Assembly (NCBI GenBank): GCA_016704325.1
Contig: JADJAG010000005.1
Location: forward strand, 394,571-458,570
From: Chitinophagaceae bacterium
GTDB taxonomy: Bacteria > Bacteroidota > Bacteroidia > Chitinophagales > UBA10324
Direction: 5' to 3'
DNA length: 64,000 nucleotides
In this document: positions 19,032 to 28,939 of the stretch, piece by piece
Numbering within the stretch: position 1 is the stretch's first letter
How the letters are laid out: every line of letters begins with the position of its first letter
Notes under the pieces: model-generated
Seen by the model: only the letters and a program-made list of their open reading frames with translations
The model's database searches: none
What the model was told of the DNA's origin: nothing
Position numbers and translations under genes: made by a program

Positions 19032-20447
19032 ATGGAAGAAAGAGATTATGAAGAATCAATGCCGGTAGACATACGTTCGTCTGTAGACCGGTTTGAAGAA
19101 ATGGTTCGCAAACAGGACGCCTGTTTCTTCGATGTAATTACCTTCGAACACATCGTCAATTTCTACGAGCAAAAGGAGCAATGGAAAAAGGCCATCCATG
19201 TGATGGATGTAGCTATTTCTCAGCATCCATATTCTCCCTGGTTTCTGACAAAAAAGGCCAGCCTGCTGATCTATTTCAAAAAGTATAAGCAGGCATTGGA
19301 ATTGATTGATCAGGCAGAAGCCATGGATCCGAATGACGTAAGCCTGTATATTCTTCGTTCTGATATTTACCTGGAAAAAAATCAGCACCGCCGTTCTATA
19401 GAAATTTTAACAGATGCTTTGCGCATCAGCGATCAGTCGGACCGCGAGGAAATTCACCTGGAAATTGCCGATGTGTACGAGGATTGGGACAAGTACGACA
19501 AGGTTTTTGAATCGTTGAAGGAAGTGCTGATGATCAACCAGGATAATGAAGAAGCACTTAGCAGAATGTGGTACTGTGTGGAATTGGCGAAGAAGCATGA
19601 AGAAAGTATCGAACTGCATAATAAGATACTCGACAATAATCCTTATTCCTACCTGGCCTGGCATAATTTGGGGCATGCCTATTTCGATTTAAATATGTAT
19701 GAAAAGGCAATTGAAGCATTTGAATTTGTAACTGCAATTAATGAATCCTGCGATCTTGCCTATCGTGATTGCGGGGAAGCATACTATAAATTAAAACTCT
19801 ATAACAAAGCGATCGATCAGTTCCAAAAGGCTATTGAATTTTCTAAGCCCTATGAAGAGCTTTATTACTCTATTGGAATTTGTTATGAGAAGCTAAGAGA
19901 CTATACGAAGGCGCGTGGTTACTATCGGAAATCCATTTCGGTTGATCCAAAGTACTGCGATGCTTTTTTCAGGATCGGGGAAACATTCCGTAAGGAAAAA
20001 GCATGGACCAATGCAGTGCATTTTTATAAGAAGGCATTACGCATAATGCCCGACAATGTAAATTACTTGATGGGTATGGCACAGGGCTTTTACAACCTTG
20101 GTGAGATTGATCCTTTTATTTTTGCTTGCCAGTCTGTGATGGCACTTAATCAGCGCTATAAGAATAAAAGTGATTATGAAAAACTGGTCGGATTCCTGAT
20201 TGATCTGGAATGTTTTGAAGATGCGATTCAATTAATGGATTTTGCAGCTTTGGAAAAGGGCCCTGTCGCATCCTATGCATTTATGCGTGCTGTGTGCCTG
20301 TTCAAGGTTGGAGAACGACGGGAAGCGATTGCCTGGCTGGAAGAAGGTTTGAATTCACACTTCACCAAGCTCAAATTGTTGTATAAATTCGCCCCGGAAT
20401 TACGTGAAGATGCCGTTGTATCTTCTATTGTAGAACAGTATAAATAA
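19032..20447 (+). CDS. Tetratricopeptide (TPR) repeat protein
   Basis: About 470 aa (GTG 19026 or ATG 19032). Repeated 34-aa TPR-like units, e.g. AWHNLGHAYFDLNMYEKAIEAFEFVTAIN, YSIGICYEKLRDYTKARGYYRKSISVDP. Confidence 0.7.
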   Translation: MEERDYEESMPVDIRSSVDRFEEMVRKQDACFFDVITFEHIVNFYEQKEQWKKAIHVMDVAISQHPYSPWFLTKKASLLIYFKKYKQALELIDQAEAMDPNDVSLYILRSDIYLEKNQHRRSIEILTDALRISDQSDREEIHLEIADVYEDWDKYDKVFESLKEVLMINQDNEEALSRMWYCVELAKKHEESIELHNKILDNNPYSYLAWHNLGHAYFDLNMYEKAIEAFEFVTAINESCDLAYRDCGEAYYKLKLYNKAIDQFQKAIEFSKPYEELYYSIGICYEKLRDYTKARGYYRKSISVDPKYCDAFFRIGETFRKEKAWTNAVHFYKKALRIMPDNVNYLMGMAQGFYNLGEIDPFIFACQSVMALNQRYKNKSDYEKLVGFLIDLECFEDAIQLMDFAALEKGPVASYAFMRAVCLFKVGERREAIAWLEEGLNSHFTKLKLLYKFAPELREDAVVSSIVEQYK

Positions 20448-20453
20448 CCGTTG

Positions 20454-21218
20454 ATGCAATATTTATTAGACAGGCTGCCTGCGCGCGCTAAAAAGCCACG
20501 CAATGTAGGAATTACCATGGTGATGGATAAGGGATTATCAATCGGAGAAGTAGAGAATTTTCTCTCCATCGCCGAACCTTATGTCGACCTGGTGAAACTG
20601 GGCTTCGGCACATCAGCAGTTACCCCTAAGTTGAAGGAAAAACTGGCCGTATATAAAAATGCAGGCATTCCGGTTTATTTCGGAGGCAGCCTGATGGAAT
20701 GGTTTTATGCACACAATGCTTTAGATGAATATGTGAAGATACTCGACAAATATAAAATTGAGTATGCAGAAGTATCAGACGGATCACTGGAGATACCACA
20801 TGATGTTAAGTGCAACCTAATCCGCACGCTGGCAAAGGATCGCATCATACTTTCTGAAGTAGGATCGAAGGATGCGGAGAAAATTATTCCTCCGTATAAA
20901 TGGATTCAGTTGATGAAAGAGGAACTGGAAGCCGGCGCCTGGAAAGTGATAGCCGAAGCAAGGGAAGGAGGAAATGTGGGTATCTACCGTGGAACAGGTG
21001 AAGTAAGAGAAGGATTAGTAGATGAAATACTTACACAAATTCCGGTAGAGAAAATTCTATGGGAAGCTCCTAATAAATCGCAGCAGGTATTTTTTATCAA
21101 ACTGGTAGGTACTGATGTTAATCTGGGTAACATTCCTTCCAATGAAGCCATTCCGTTAGAAACATTACGGGTGGGATTGAGAGGAGATACGATGGTTTAT
21201 TTTTTAAATAAAAAATAA
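20454..21218 (+). CDS. comA: Phosphosulfolactate synthase (ComA family)
   Basis: About 254 aa (ATG 20454; TTG 20451 is also possible). Blocks RAKKPRNVGITMVMDKG, YVDLVKLGFGTS, FGGSLMEW, EVSDGSL are typical of the (2R)-phospho-3-sulfolactate synthase family. Confidence 0.8.
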   Translation: MQYLLDRLPARAKKPRNVGITMVMDKGLSIGEVENFLSIAEPYVDLVKLGFGTSAVTPKLKEKLAVYKNAGIPVYFGGSLMEWFYAHNALDEYVKILDKYKIEYAEVSDGSLEIPHDVKCNLIRTLAKDRIILSEVGSKDAEKIIPPYKWIQLMKEELEAGAWKVIAEAREGGNVGIYRGTGEVREGLVDEILTQIPVEKILWEAPNKSQQVFFIKLVGTDVNLGNIPSNEAIPLETLRVGLRGDTMVYFLNKK

Positions 21219-21224
21219 CTTGAA

Positions 21225-21287
21225 GTAAGACTTAAGACTTAAGACGTAGGACTAAAGAGGCAAGACTCAAGATTCATAGATTCTTGA
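21225..21287 (+). repeat. Short tandem repeat of 7-nt period (left arm of bipartite element)
   Basis: gtaagac ttaagac ttaagac gtaggac taaagag gcaagac tcaagat tcataga ttcttga. Confidence 0.8.
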
Positions 21288-21334
21288 ACGTCAGTTTTTA
21301 AGCGATTCAAAAATACACATCAAGAGTAAAACGA

Positions 21335-21377
21335 CAATTAAGCAATTAAACAATTTAGCCATTTAGCCATTCAACCC
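21335..21377 (+). repeat. G-poor short tandem repeat of 8-nt period (right arm of bipartite element)
   Basis: caattaag caattaaa caatttag ccatttag ccattcaa ccc. The G-poor tract continues to the aroE GTG start at 21427. Confidence 0.8.
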
Positions 21378-21426
21378 AATCGCATAATCCCTACCCTCCA
21401 TACCTCACAAACATTCCCCCATCTAA

Positions 21427-22161
21427 GTGAAACGATACGGCCTCATAGGCTACCCGCTTACGCATTCTTTCTCGAAGAAATATTTCAGCACGAAGTTCTT
21501 ATCAGAAGGTATTACCGGTTGTGAATATGAAAATTATCCGATTGCTGCGATCGATGAGTTTCCCGCTTTAATCGGTTCACAAGCAGAATTAGCCGGCCTG
21601 AATGTTACAATTCCTTATAAAGAATCAGTCATCACTTTTCTGGATGAGCTGGATGATACAGCACGGGAAATCGGGGCGGTGAACACCATCAGAATCAGAA
21701 ATGGAAAACTAACGGGGTTCAATACCGATACTTATGGTTTTATGCAATCCATTATGCCATTGCTGGAGCCTATGCATAGCAGGGCGCTAATACTTGGAAC
21801 AGGTGGCAGTTCAAAAGCAGTAGCCTGGAGTCTGAGAAAAATGGGCATTGATTTTCTTTTTGTTTCCCGCAAGCCGGAAAATAGTCACGAGATTAGCTAC
21901 GGTGCATTGAGCAATGAAGTGATCCGTGAATCAAAGATCATCATCAATACCACTCCCCGCGGTATGTTTCCCAAAACTGATGATGCACCTGAAATTCCAT
22001 ATGAAAGTATTACAGCATCACATCTTTTATTTGATCTGATCTATAATCCGGAAGAAACACTCTTTTTGAAAAAGGGAAGAGCGCAACAGGCCAAAACCAG
22101 GAATGGCCTGGAGATGCTGCAACTACAAGCAGAACGTAGTTGGAAGATCTGGAATACCTGA
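21427..22161 (+). CDS. aroE: Shikimate 5-dehydrogenase
   Basis: 244 aa, GTG start. YGLIGYPLTHSFSKKYF, LNVTIPYK, NTD, and the GTGGSSKA nucleotide-binding loop. Confidence 0.85.
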   Translation: MKRYGLIGYPLTHSFSKKYFSTKFLSEGITGCEYENYPIAAIDEFPALIGSQAELAGLNVTIPYKESVITFLDELDDTAREIGAVNTIRIRNGKLTGFNTDTYGFMQSIMPLLEPMHSRALILGTGGSSKAVAWSLRKMGIDFLFVSRKPENSHEISYGALSNEVIRESKIIINTTPRGMFPKTDDAPEIPYESITASHLLFDLIYNPEETLFLKKGRAQQAKTRNGLEMLQLQAERSWKIWNT

Positions 22162-22345
22162 AATACACGTTTGTGCGTTAAGCAGTTATTTAAAATTCAT
22201 GAATGAATTAGGTAGCCTGTTGGTTATTGCCTGCTTCACAGATCCATTTTCCGGATACGGCAAAACAATTTGACAAGGCAACGTCAGGCTGACCGGCAAA
22301 ATTTTTTCACCTCTTGAATTTCAATCACAAAAATAATTTCATGCT

Positions 22346-23650
22346 ATGGAAACATTCCCAATAATTGTGACCGCTATTCTTAGTGGTGCAGCCGGTTTTT
22401 TGCTGGCAGCACTGTACTTTTCAAAGACCATTGCTGCCTTGCGTTTTCAGGTAAATGCAAATGCACAAAGCCATGCATCTGTAATTGCAGATTTGCAAAA
22501 AGCAGAAATGAATGGAGCGATAAAGGAACAGACCATTCGTACGCTGATTGCTGATCTTGCTACATCCAAAGCAACTGCAGATCACTTAGACGAAAAGCTT
22601 TCGCAGCAGAAATCGGAAATGGACGCTTTGCATCAGAAGCTTCACCTGGAATTCAGGAACCTGGCCAATGACATACTGGAAGAAAAAACGATGAAGTTTA
22701 CAGAGCAGAATAAATCAAATATGCACGACTTACTTTTCCCGTTAGGAGAAAAGTTAAAGGAGTTTGAAAAAAAAGTGGAATCAACTTATGATTCTGAATT
22801 GCGCGAAAGAGTGAGCCTGAAAACAGAGATCAAAGGGCTCTTCGAGCTAAACAAACAGTTATCCAATGAGGCCAATAACCTGGTGAAAGCCCTCAAAGGC
22901 GATACGAAACAGCAAGGCAACTGGGGTGAACTGATTCTTGAAAAAATTCTGGAACAGTCAGGACTAATTAAGGAAAGAGAATACACGTTGCAACATGCTA
23001 CCGTAAATAGTGATGGACGAGCCATTCAACCTGATGCTGTTATTTTTCTGCCTGATAACAAACACCTTATCATCGATTCAAAAGTGTCACTGATCGCCTA
23101 TGAGCAGGCAGTGAATGCTACTGCTGAGGAAGAACGCAATAGGTTGCTGAAGGAACATTTGCAGTCGGTAAAGAATCATGTCCGTCAGTTGAGTGACAAA
23201 AAATACCACACCGCTGATGGGATGCATATGCCGGATTTTGTTTTTCTTTTTCTATGGAGCGAAGCCGCATTCAGCGCTGCATTGCAGGCAGATTCAGACC
23301 TCTTTCACTATGCATGGCAGCGAAACATAGCAATTGTAAGTCCCACTACAATATGGGCCAACCTGAAAACCATTGCCAGTCTCTGGCGGACAGAACAACA
23401 GAGTCGCAATGCAGAGGAAATAGCCAGGCAAGGTGCTGATCTGTATGATAAGCTGGTTGGATTTGTAGACGATCTTATGTTAACATCGAAAAAAATAGAG
23501 GACGTTAAAAGAACGCACGATGATGCCATGAATAAGTTGTATTCCGGTAATGGTAACCTGATTCGTAGGGCAGAAAAGATGAAAGAACTGGGGTTGAAAC
23601 CGATAAAGCAGCTGCCGCAAGTGCTTATTGAAAAAGCACTGGACCATTAG
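22346..23650 (+). CDS. rmuC: DNA recombination protein RmuC
   Basis: 434 aa. N-terminal membrane anchor, long coiled coil, and a C-terminal RmuC nuclease-like region (GNWGELILEKILE, PDAVIFLPDNKHLIIDSK, FLFLWSEAAF). Confidence 0.85.
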   Translation: METFPIIVTAILSGAAGFLLAALYFSKTIAALRFQVNANAQSHASVIADLQKAEMNGAIKEQTIRTLIADLATSKATADHLDEKLSQQKSEMDALHQKLHLEFRNLANDILEEKTMKFTEQNKSNMHDLLFPLGEKLKEFEKKVESTYDSELRERVSLKTEIKGLFELNKQLSNEANNLVKALKGDTKQQGNWGELILEKILEQSGLIKEREYTLQHATVNSDGRAIQPDAVIFLPDNKHLIIDSKVSLIAYEQAVNATAEEERNRLLKEHLQSVKNHVRQLSDKKYHTADGMHMPDFVFLFLWSEAAFSAALQADSDLFHYAWQRNIAIVSPTTIWANLKTIASLWRTEQQSRNAEEIARQGADLYDKLVGFVDDLMLTSKKIEDVKRTHDDAMNKLYSGNGNLIRRAEKMKELGLKPIKQLPQVLIEKALDH

Positions 23651-23655
23651 CTAAC

Positions 23656-23703
23656 AAAAAAATGACCTTCTGATTCAAAAGAAACAGAAGGTCATTTTTT
23701 TAT
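23656..23703. terminator. Bidirectional rho-independent terminator
   Basis: aaaaaaatgaccttctg (23656-23672) pairs with cagaaggtcattttttt (23685-23701). A/T tracts on both sides; between convergent genes. Confidence 0.75.
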
Positions 23704-23733
23704 CAAATTATAGTAAGCGAATTATTTTGAACT

Positions 23734-24159
23734 TTAGATACTGCCCGAAGTCATACCCCATTTAGCAAGTATCAGCGCTGCAATCAGCACGCCTATCAAA
23801 TGATAACCGATATCTACGAACCAGATGCCGAGTGGTTTCTTTGTATAGTTTAATGCAGTGCCTACCAGACCAACTACCAATCCGGCAATCATTACATAAC
23901 TTCTCATGAAACAATCTGACAGTTCTCTGCAACGAATCGAGTTCAGGAGAAGTCCAGTACAGGTAACAATCAGAAAAGTAAGTAGGAAACCAATAATCAT
24001 ATAGCGGGCCATGCCACTATTGTCATTCATATCCATTTTGTGGTTACGCGCCCAGTATTTACCGAAAAGCACCGTGTACCAAACGGTACCCACTGCGAAA
24101 TAAGCCACTGTAGCGGCCAGTACCATTGGCCAGTTCAAATGTAGTATTGCGTTCTTCAT
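23734..24159 (-). CDS. DUF1761-like small membrane protein
   Basis: I prefer ATG 24159 (MKNAILHLNWPMVLAATVAYFAVGTVWYTVLFGKYW). Four hydrophobic helices. Confidence 0.6.
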   Translation of the reverse strand: MKNAILHLNWPMVLAATVAYFAVGTVWYTVLFGKYWARNHKMDMNDNSGMARYMIIGFLLTFLIVTCTGLLLNSIRCRELSDCFMRSYVMIAGLVVGLVGTALNYTKKPLGIWFVDIGYHLIGVLIAALILAKWGMTSGSI

Positions 24160-24220
24160 GCTTTTTTTTGATGAAAGTAGCAAAACTTCTGAAAATGAAA
24201 AGAAACTAATTGGAAGCAAA

Positions 24221-24349
24221 TAGTCGGAAGTAATTAGTCGGAAGTCGGAGTAGTTAGTCGGAAGTCGGAAGTAGTTAGTCGGAAGTAAGTTTTAAGTTGT
24301 GAGTAGTGAGAAGAGAGTAGTGAGAAGAGAGTAGTGAGTAGTGAGTAAC
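24221..24349 (+). repeat. C-poor short tandem repeats of 7-nt period (left arm)
   Basis: (agtcgga agtcgga gtagtt) repeated, then gagtagt gagaaga gagtagt gagaaga gagtagt gagtagt. No C at all in 24289-24348. Confidence 0.85.
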
Positions 24350-24510
24350 GGGTGACATGGGTCAGTTAGGGGGCAGGTAAGAATTTGCTTAATATTAGTT
24401 GACACTAGTACAACAACCGATCCGCTGTGTTAAGCAAAATCAATTGGACCAATCGGTCAATCGACTAATTAGCATATTAATATTATTAAAGATCACCAAA
24501 TCCATCCTTT

Positions 24511-24614
24511 ATACATCGGCACATTAATCCAACAACCCAACAACCCATCAACCCATCGGCACATCAGCACATCACCCCATCGGCACATCAACTCATCAAC
24601 CAATCGGCACATCT
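24511..24614 (+). repeat. G-poor short tandem repeat of 8-nt period (right arm)
   Basis: ATC recurs exactly every 8 nt nine times from 24547 to 24613: catcaacc catcggca catcagca catcaccc catcggca catcaact catcaacc aatcggca catc. Confidence 0.85.
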
Positions 24615-24662
24615 CCCTCAAAAAATCCCCTCCATAACTCAACCATTTCCTACATTTGTAAT

Positions 24663-25844
24663 ATGCCACAAACAACTACTCCTGTCTCTTTCGAGAATAC
24701 GGAAATAGCTTTTTCCTACAAAAGCAATGGGGAGCTGAAGAAATCAGTCCTGATGTTTTCGTTGATGAATCAAAACTGGTTGGTTAAGATCGGATCGCGG
24801 CTGACGCCGGTTGCCTTTCAATGGAGACTTCCGATTCATGGATTGGTAAAGGCCACCATCTATGAACAGTTTTGTGGTGGGGAGACTTTGGCAGAATGCG
24901 AGCCGGTAACACAAAAGCTTGCCAAGTATAATGTGTCCACCATACTCGATTATGGCGTGGAAGCCAAAGAAACCAATGAAGAGTTTGACAAAGGCATCAG
25001 TGAATTCTTAAGAGCGATTGCATTTTCAAAAGAGAATCATCACATACCATTTATCAGTATTAAAGTAACGGGCATAGCCGCCTTTGCTTTATTGGAAAAA
25101 CTGCATGCAAAGCAAGCGCTTACAGATGCGGAAATCCTGGATTGGAATCTCGTGAAAGGTCGACTGCATAAAGTATGTAAGGCTGCGCATGATGCCGGCA
25201 CAGGCGTGATGCTTGACGCAGAAGAAACATGGATTCAGGATCCGGTGGATGAACTGGCCATGGAAATGATGAAGCATTACAATAAGGAAAAAGCAGTAGT
25301 GTATAATACCCTGCAGATGTACCGCACCGACCGGTTAGACTTTCTGAAAAAATCACTTGAACAAGCTAAGAGTGGAGGATTTGTATTGGCGCTGAAGCTG
25401 GTTCGTGGCGCTTATATGGAAAGGGAACGACGAAGGGCAGTGGAGTTGAAATATAAGTCACCCATTCAACCAGATAAAGCCGCATCTGACCGCGATTTCG
25501 ATGCTGCCGTCATGTACTGTATAGAAAATATCGATCGTATCAGTTGTTGTGTCGCTTCTCATAACGAGAAGAGTTCGTTGCTTGCAGCTGAGCAGGCTGC
25601 AAAAAAGGGCATTCCTGCTTCTAATCCGCACCTGCATTTCTCACAGCTCTATGGGATGAGCGACAATATCACCTTTAACCTGGCCAATGCCGGCTATAAT
25701 GTAACCAAATATGTACCTTATGGACCGGTGAAGGATGTGGTACCCTATCTCATGCGAAGGGCAAAGGAAAATACCTCGGTAAAAGGCCAAAGCAGCAGAG
25801 AATTGTTGCTTTTGAAGAAGGAAATCAACAGACGAAAGATTTGA
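24663..25844 (+). CDS. Proline dehydrogenase (monofunctional PutA-like)
   Basis: 393 aa. Blocks LDYGVE, DAEETWIQD, LVRGAYMERER, VASHNE, QLYGMSD, YVPYGPVKDVVPYLMRRAKEN. Confidence 0.85.
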   Translation: MPQTTTPVSFENTEIAFSYKSNGELKKSVLMFSLMNQNWLVKIGSRLTPVAFQWRLPIHGLVKATIYEQFCGGETLAECEPVTQKLAKYNVSTILDYGVEAKETNEEFDKGISEFLRAIAFSKENHHIPFISIKVTGIAAFALLEKLHAKQALTDAEILDWNLVKGRLHKVCKAAHDAGTGVMLDAEETWIQDPVDELAMEMMKHYNKEKAVVYNTLQMYRTDRLDFLKKSLEQAKSGGFVLALKLVRGAYMERERRRAVELKYKSPIQPDKAASDRDFDAAVMYCIENIDRISCCVASHNEKSSLLAAEQAAKKGIPASNPHLHFSQLYGMSDNITFNLANAGYNVTKYVPYGPVKDVVPYLMRRAKENTSVKGQSSRELLLLKKEINRRKI

Positions 25845-25865
25845 GCAGCTTGTAAAAAATAGAAG

Positions 25866-26395
<530 letters not shown>

Positions 26396-26452
26396 CTCGA
26401 AAACTTTTTTTCAACCTAACTTCGCACATTCAATTTCCATTTCATCCACTAT

Positions 26453-27274
26453 ATGAAACAATACCACGACCTCCTCCGGCATATCTTAGACTATGGAGTC
26501 CGCAAAGAAGACCGAACAGGTACCGGTACATTAAGTGTATTCGGTTACCAGATGCGTTTTGATTTAGCTGCCGGTTTTCCATTGCTTACCACAAAAAAGC
26601 TTCATACCAAATCTATTATTCATGAATTGCTGTGGTTTCTGCAAGGCTCCACCAACATCAGTTACCTGAAAGAAAATGGCGTGAGTATATGGAATGAATG
26701 GGCCGATGAAGATGGCGAACTCGGGCCTGTTTATGGAAAGCAATGGCGTTCCTGGGTTACTCCGGACGGACAAACGGTTGATCAGATCAGCAATATCATC
26801 GAACAGATCAAAAAAAATCCAAATTCACGAAGACTTATGGTGAGCGCGTGGAATGTAGCAGATGTAGATAAAATGGCATTGCCTCCCTGTCATACCATGT
26901 TCCAGTTTTATGTAGCACCTCCGGATGTTTCTATGGGCGAGACAAAAGGAAAATTATCCTGTCAACTGTATCAGCGTAGTGCCGATGTTTTTTTGGGAGT
27001 TCCATTCAATATTGCTTCCTATGCTATGTTGACGATGATGATAGCGCAGGTGTGTGACCTGGAATACGGTGATTTTGTGCATACGTTGGGTGATTCGCAT
27101 CTTTACCTCAACCATCTTGAACAAACACAGTTACAACTCACCCGGGAGTTCCGGCCGTTGCCACAAATGAAGATCAACCCGGCAATAAAGGATATTTTTG
27201 GTTTCCGTTATGAAGATTTTGAATTGTTGAATTACGTTCCGCATCCTTCTATCAAAGCACCAATTGCCGTATGA
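26453..27274 (+). CDS. thyA: Thymidylate synthase
   Basis: 273 aa. [25 protein letters not shown], catalytic [21 protein letters not shown]. Confidence 0.97.
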   Translation: MKQYHDLLRHILDYGVRKEDRTGTGTLSVFGYQMRFDLAAGFPLLTTKKLHTKSIIHELLWFLQGSTNISYLKENGVSIWNEWADEDGELGPVYGKQWRSWVTPDGQTVDQISNIIEQIKKNPNSRRLMVSAWNVADVDKMALPPCHTMFQFYVAPPDVSMGETKGKLSCQLYQRSADVFLGVPFNIASYAMLTMMIAQVCDLEYGDFVHTLGDSHLYLNHLEQTQLQLTREFRPLPQMKINPAIKDIFGFRYEDFELLNYVPHPSIKAPIAV

Positions 27275-27771
27275 TGATTTCTCTTATAGTAGCGGTTGCT
27301 GAAAACAATGTGATCGGAAAAGATAACAAACTGCCATGGCACCTTCCCGCCGACCTCAAATACTTCAAACAAACCACTGCCGGGCATCCTGTGATTATGG
27401 GACGTGGTACTTTTGAATCGCTTGGTAAACCACTTCCCGGAAGAACCAACATCATTATAACCCGCCAGCAACACTATAAAGCGGATGGATGTATCATAAC
27501 CGACAGCCTCGAAACAGCAATAGCGTTTGCCAGGGAAACCGGAACAGATGAGGCCTTTATACTAGGAGGTGGAGATATTTTCCGCCAATCCATGTTTTTG
27601 GCTCATCGTATATACCTTACACGCATCTTCCATAATTTTGAAGGCGACACGTTCTTTCCTGAATTGAATGCAGTTGATTGGAAACTTATAAGCGAAAAGC
27701 TTCAGTCACCTGATGAAAAAAACAAATATTCATTTTCGTTTCAGGTGTTTGAAAGAATGAATTGGGTATAG
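27271..27771 (+). CDS. folA: Dihydrofolate reductase
   Basis: 166 aa. ATGA overlap with thy[59 protein letters not shown]. Confidence 0.93.
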   Translation: MMISLIVAVAENNVIGKDNKLPWHLPADLKYFKQTTAGHPVIMGRGTFESLGKPLPGRTNIIITRQQHYKADGCIITDSLETAIAFARETGTDEAFILGGGDIFRQSMFLAHRIYLTRIFHNFEGDTFFPELNAVDWKLISEKLQSPDEKNKYSFSFQVFERMNWV

Positions 27772-27869
27772 TTTTTTCACCGGACATACTTCAGTTTTCC
27801 CCTGGCTTCGTTTAGCAATTTATAGTATGAGATGATTTGCTTAAATTACATTTTAATAATAAAAATGTC

Positions 27870-27974
27870 ATGAAAGGCGCTTTCATTTTTGTTTGGATGA
27901 CGATATCAGTTAATGTGCTTTCTCAACCGGTGCTGGAATGGGAAAATCGGTTTGATTATAATGGTTGGCTATAA
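27870..27974 (+). pseudogene. Possible 34-codon remnant of a secreted-protein gene (signal peptide only)
   Basis: MKGAFIFVWMTISVNVLSQPVLEWENRFDYNGWL then a stop. It looks like a signal peptide plus the first residues of a mature domain, in a 400-bp otherwise empty spacer. Confidence 0.2.
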
Positions 27975-28179
27975 TAGTCCTCTGAGGTATGCTTAAACCT
28001 GCATGTTGTGGCTCAGTATATAAAATCCGGGCAATAAGTTATGCATTCCGTTAAACCCTATTGTACAAAATTATCACTTTCATTTACCTGCATTTTTTCA
28101 TCTTTGTGTAACTTTCCAATATTACCGGAGACTAACTAGGCAATATTCAACCACTAAACCAATCCTCACAATTACTCAC

Positions 28180-28923
28180 ATGAAAAATCTCTTTCTTCTT
28201 ACCGCCATCCTGCTTTCCGCAGCTTTTTTTGTAAGTGCACAAAGTGCGGAAGAAATCATTCACAAGCACGTGAAGGCCATCGGCGGCCTCGAAAAAATTA
28301 AATCCATCAACACCATCAAAATGACAGGAACCGTTGATGTGGGCGGTGGCATACAGATTCCATTCACCAATTATTTTGCCCGTCCCGACCGGATGAAGAT
28401 TGAAGCCACTTTTCAGGGCATGACACAGCAGATTGCAGTAGATGGCAACAGCGGCTGGCAGATCAATCCATTTATGGGTTCAAAAGATCCAGAACCTATG
28501 AACCCCGAGCAATTGAAGGTGATGAAGCAACAGGCCGACTTCGAAGGACATCTGTTCAACTATAAGGAAAAAGGATATACGGCTGAATTCCTTGGCCAGG
28601 AAGACTTTGAAGGCACTCCCGTAAACAAGATTTCTTTATCGAACAAAGACGGGGAACAAACTACCTATTACCTCGATGCGGAATCGCATCTGTTACTTAA
28701 AGAATCGCAAAAGATAAAAATGGCTGACAATGAAATACAGAGTGAAACCATCTATGGCGATTATAAAGAGGAAGGTGGGATGATGCTGGCCCATTCGTTA
28801 GAAAGCAAAACGCCCGGACAAGAAGGTTCTCAGAAAATCACCGTGGCTACCGTCGAAGTAAATGTGCCGGTTGATGCATCTATTTTCGTGATGCCTGCAA
28901 AGTCAACGGGCGAAACCAAGTAA
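28180..28923 (+). CDS. Secreted LolA-fold / outer-membrane lipoprotein-sorting-like protein
   Basis: 247 aa. Signal peptide MKNLFLLTAILLSAAFFVSAQ. Body resembles the LolA-like family (HVKAIGG...IKSI...GTV...). Assigned from memory only. Confidence 0.5.
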   Translation: MKNLFLLTAILLSAAFFVSAQSAEEIIHKHVKAIGGLEKIKSINTIKMTGTVDVGGGIQIPFTNYFARPDRMKIEATFQGMTQQIAVDGNSGWQINPFMGSKDPEPMNPEQLKVMKQQADFEGHLFNYKEKGYTAEFLGQEDFEGTPVNKISLSNKDGEQTTYYLDAESHLLLKESQKIKMADNEIQSETIYGDYKEEGGMMLAHSLESKTPGQEGSQKITVATVEVNVPVDASIFVMPAKSTGETK

Positions 28924-28939
28924 AAACTATGCATACAAC

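Noticed and set aside
24493-24675. 60-aa minus-strand ORF (CRWVDG/CRWGDV repeats)
   Set aside because: It is a translation of the 8-nt-phased array upstream of the proline dehydrogenase gene.
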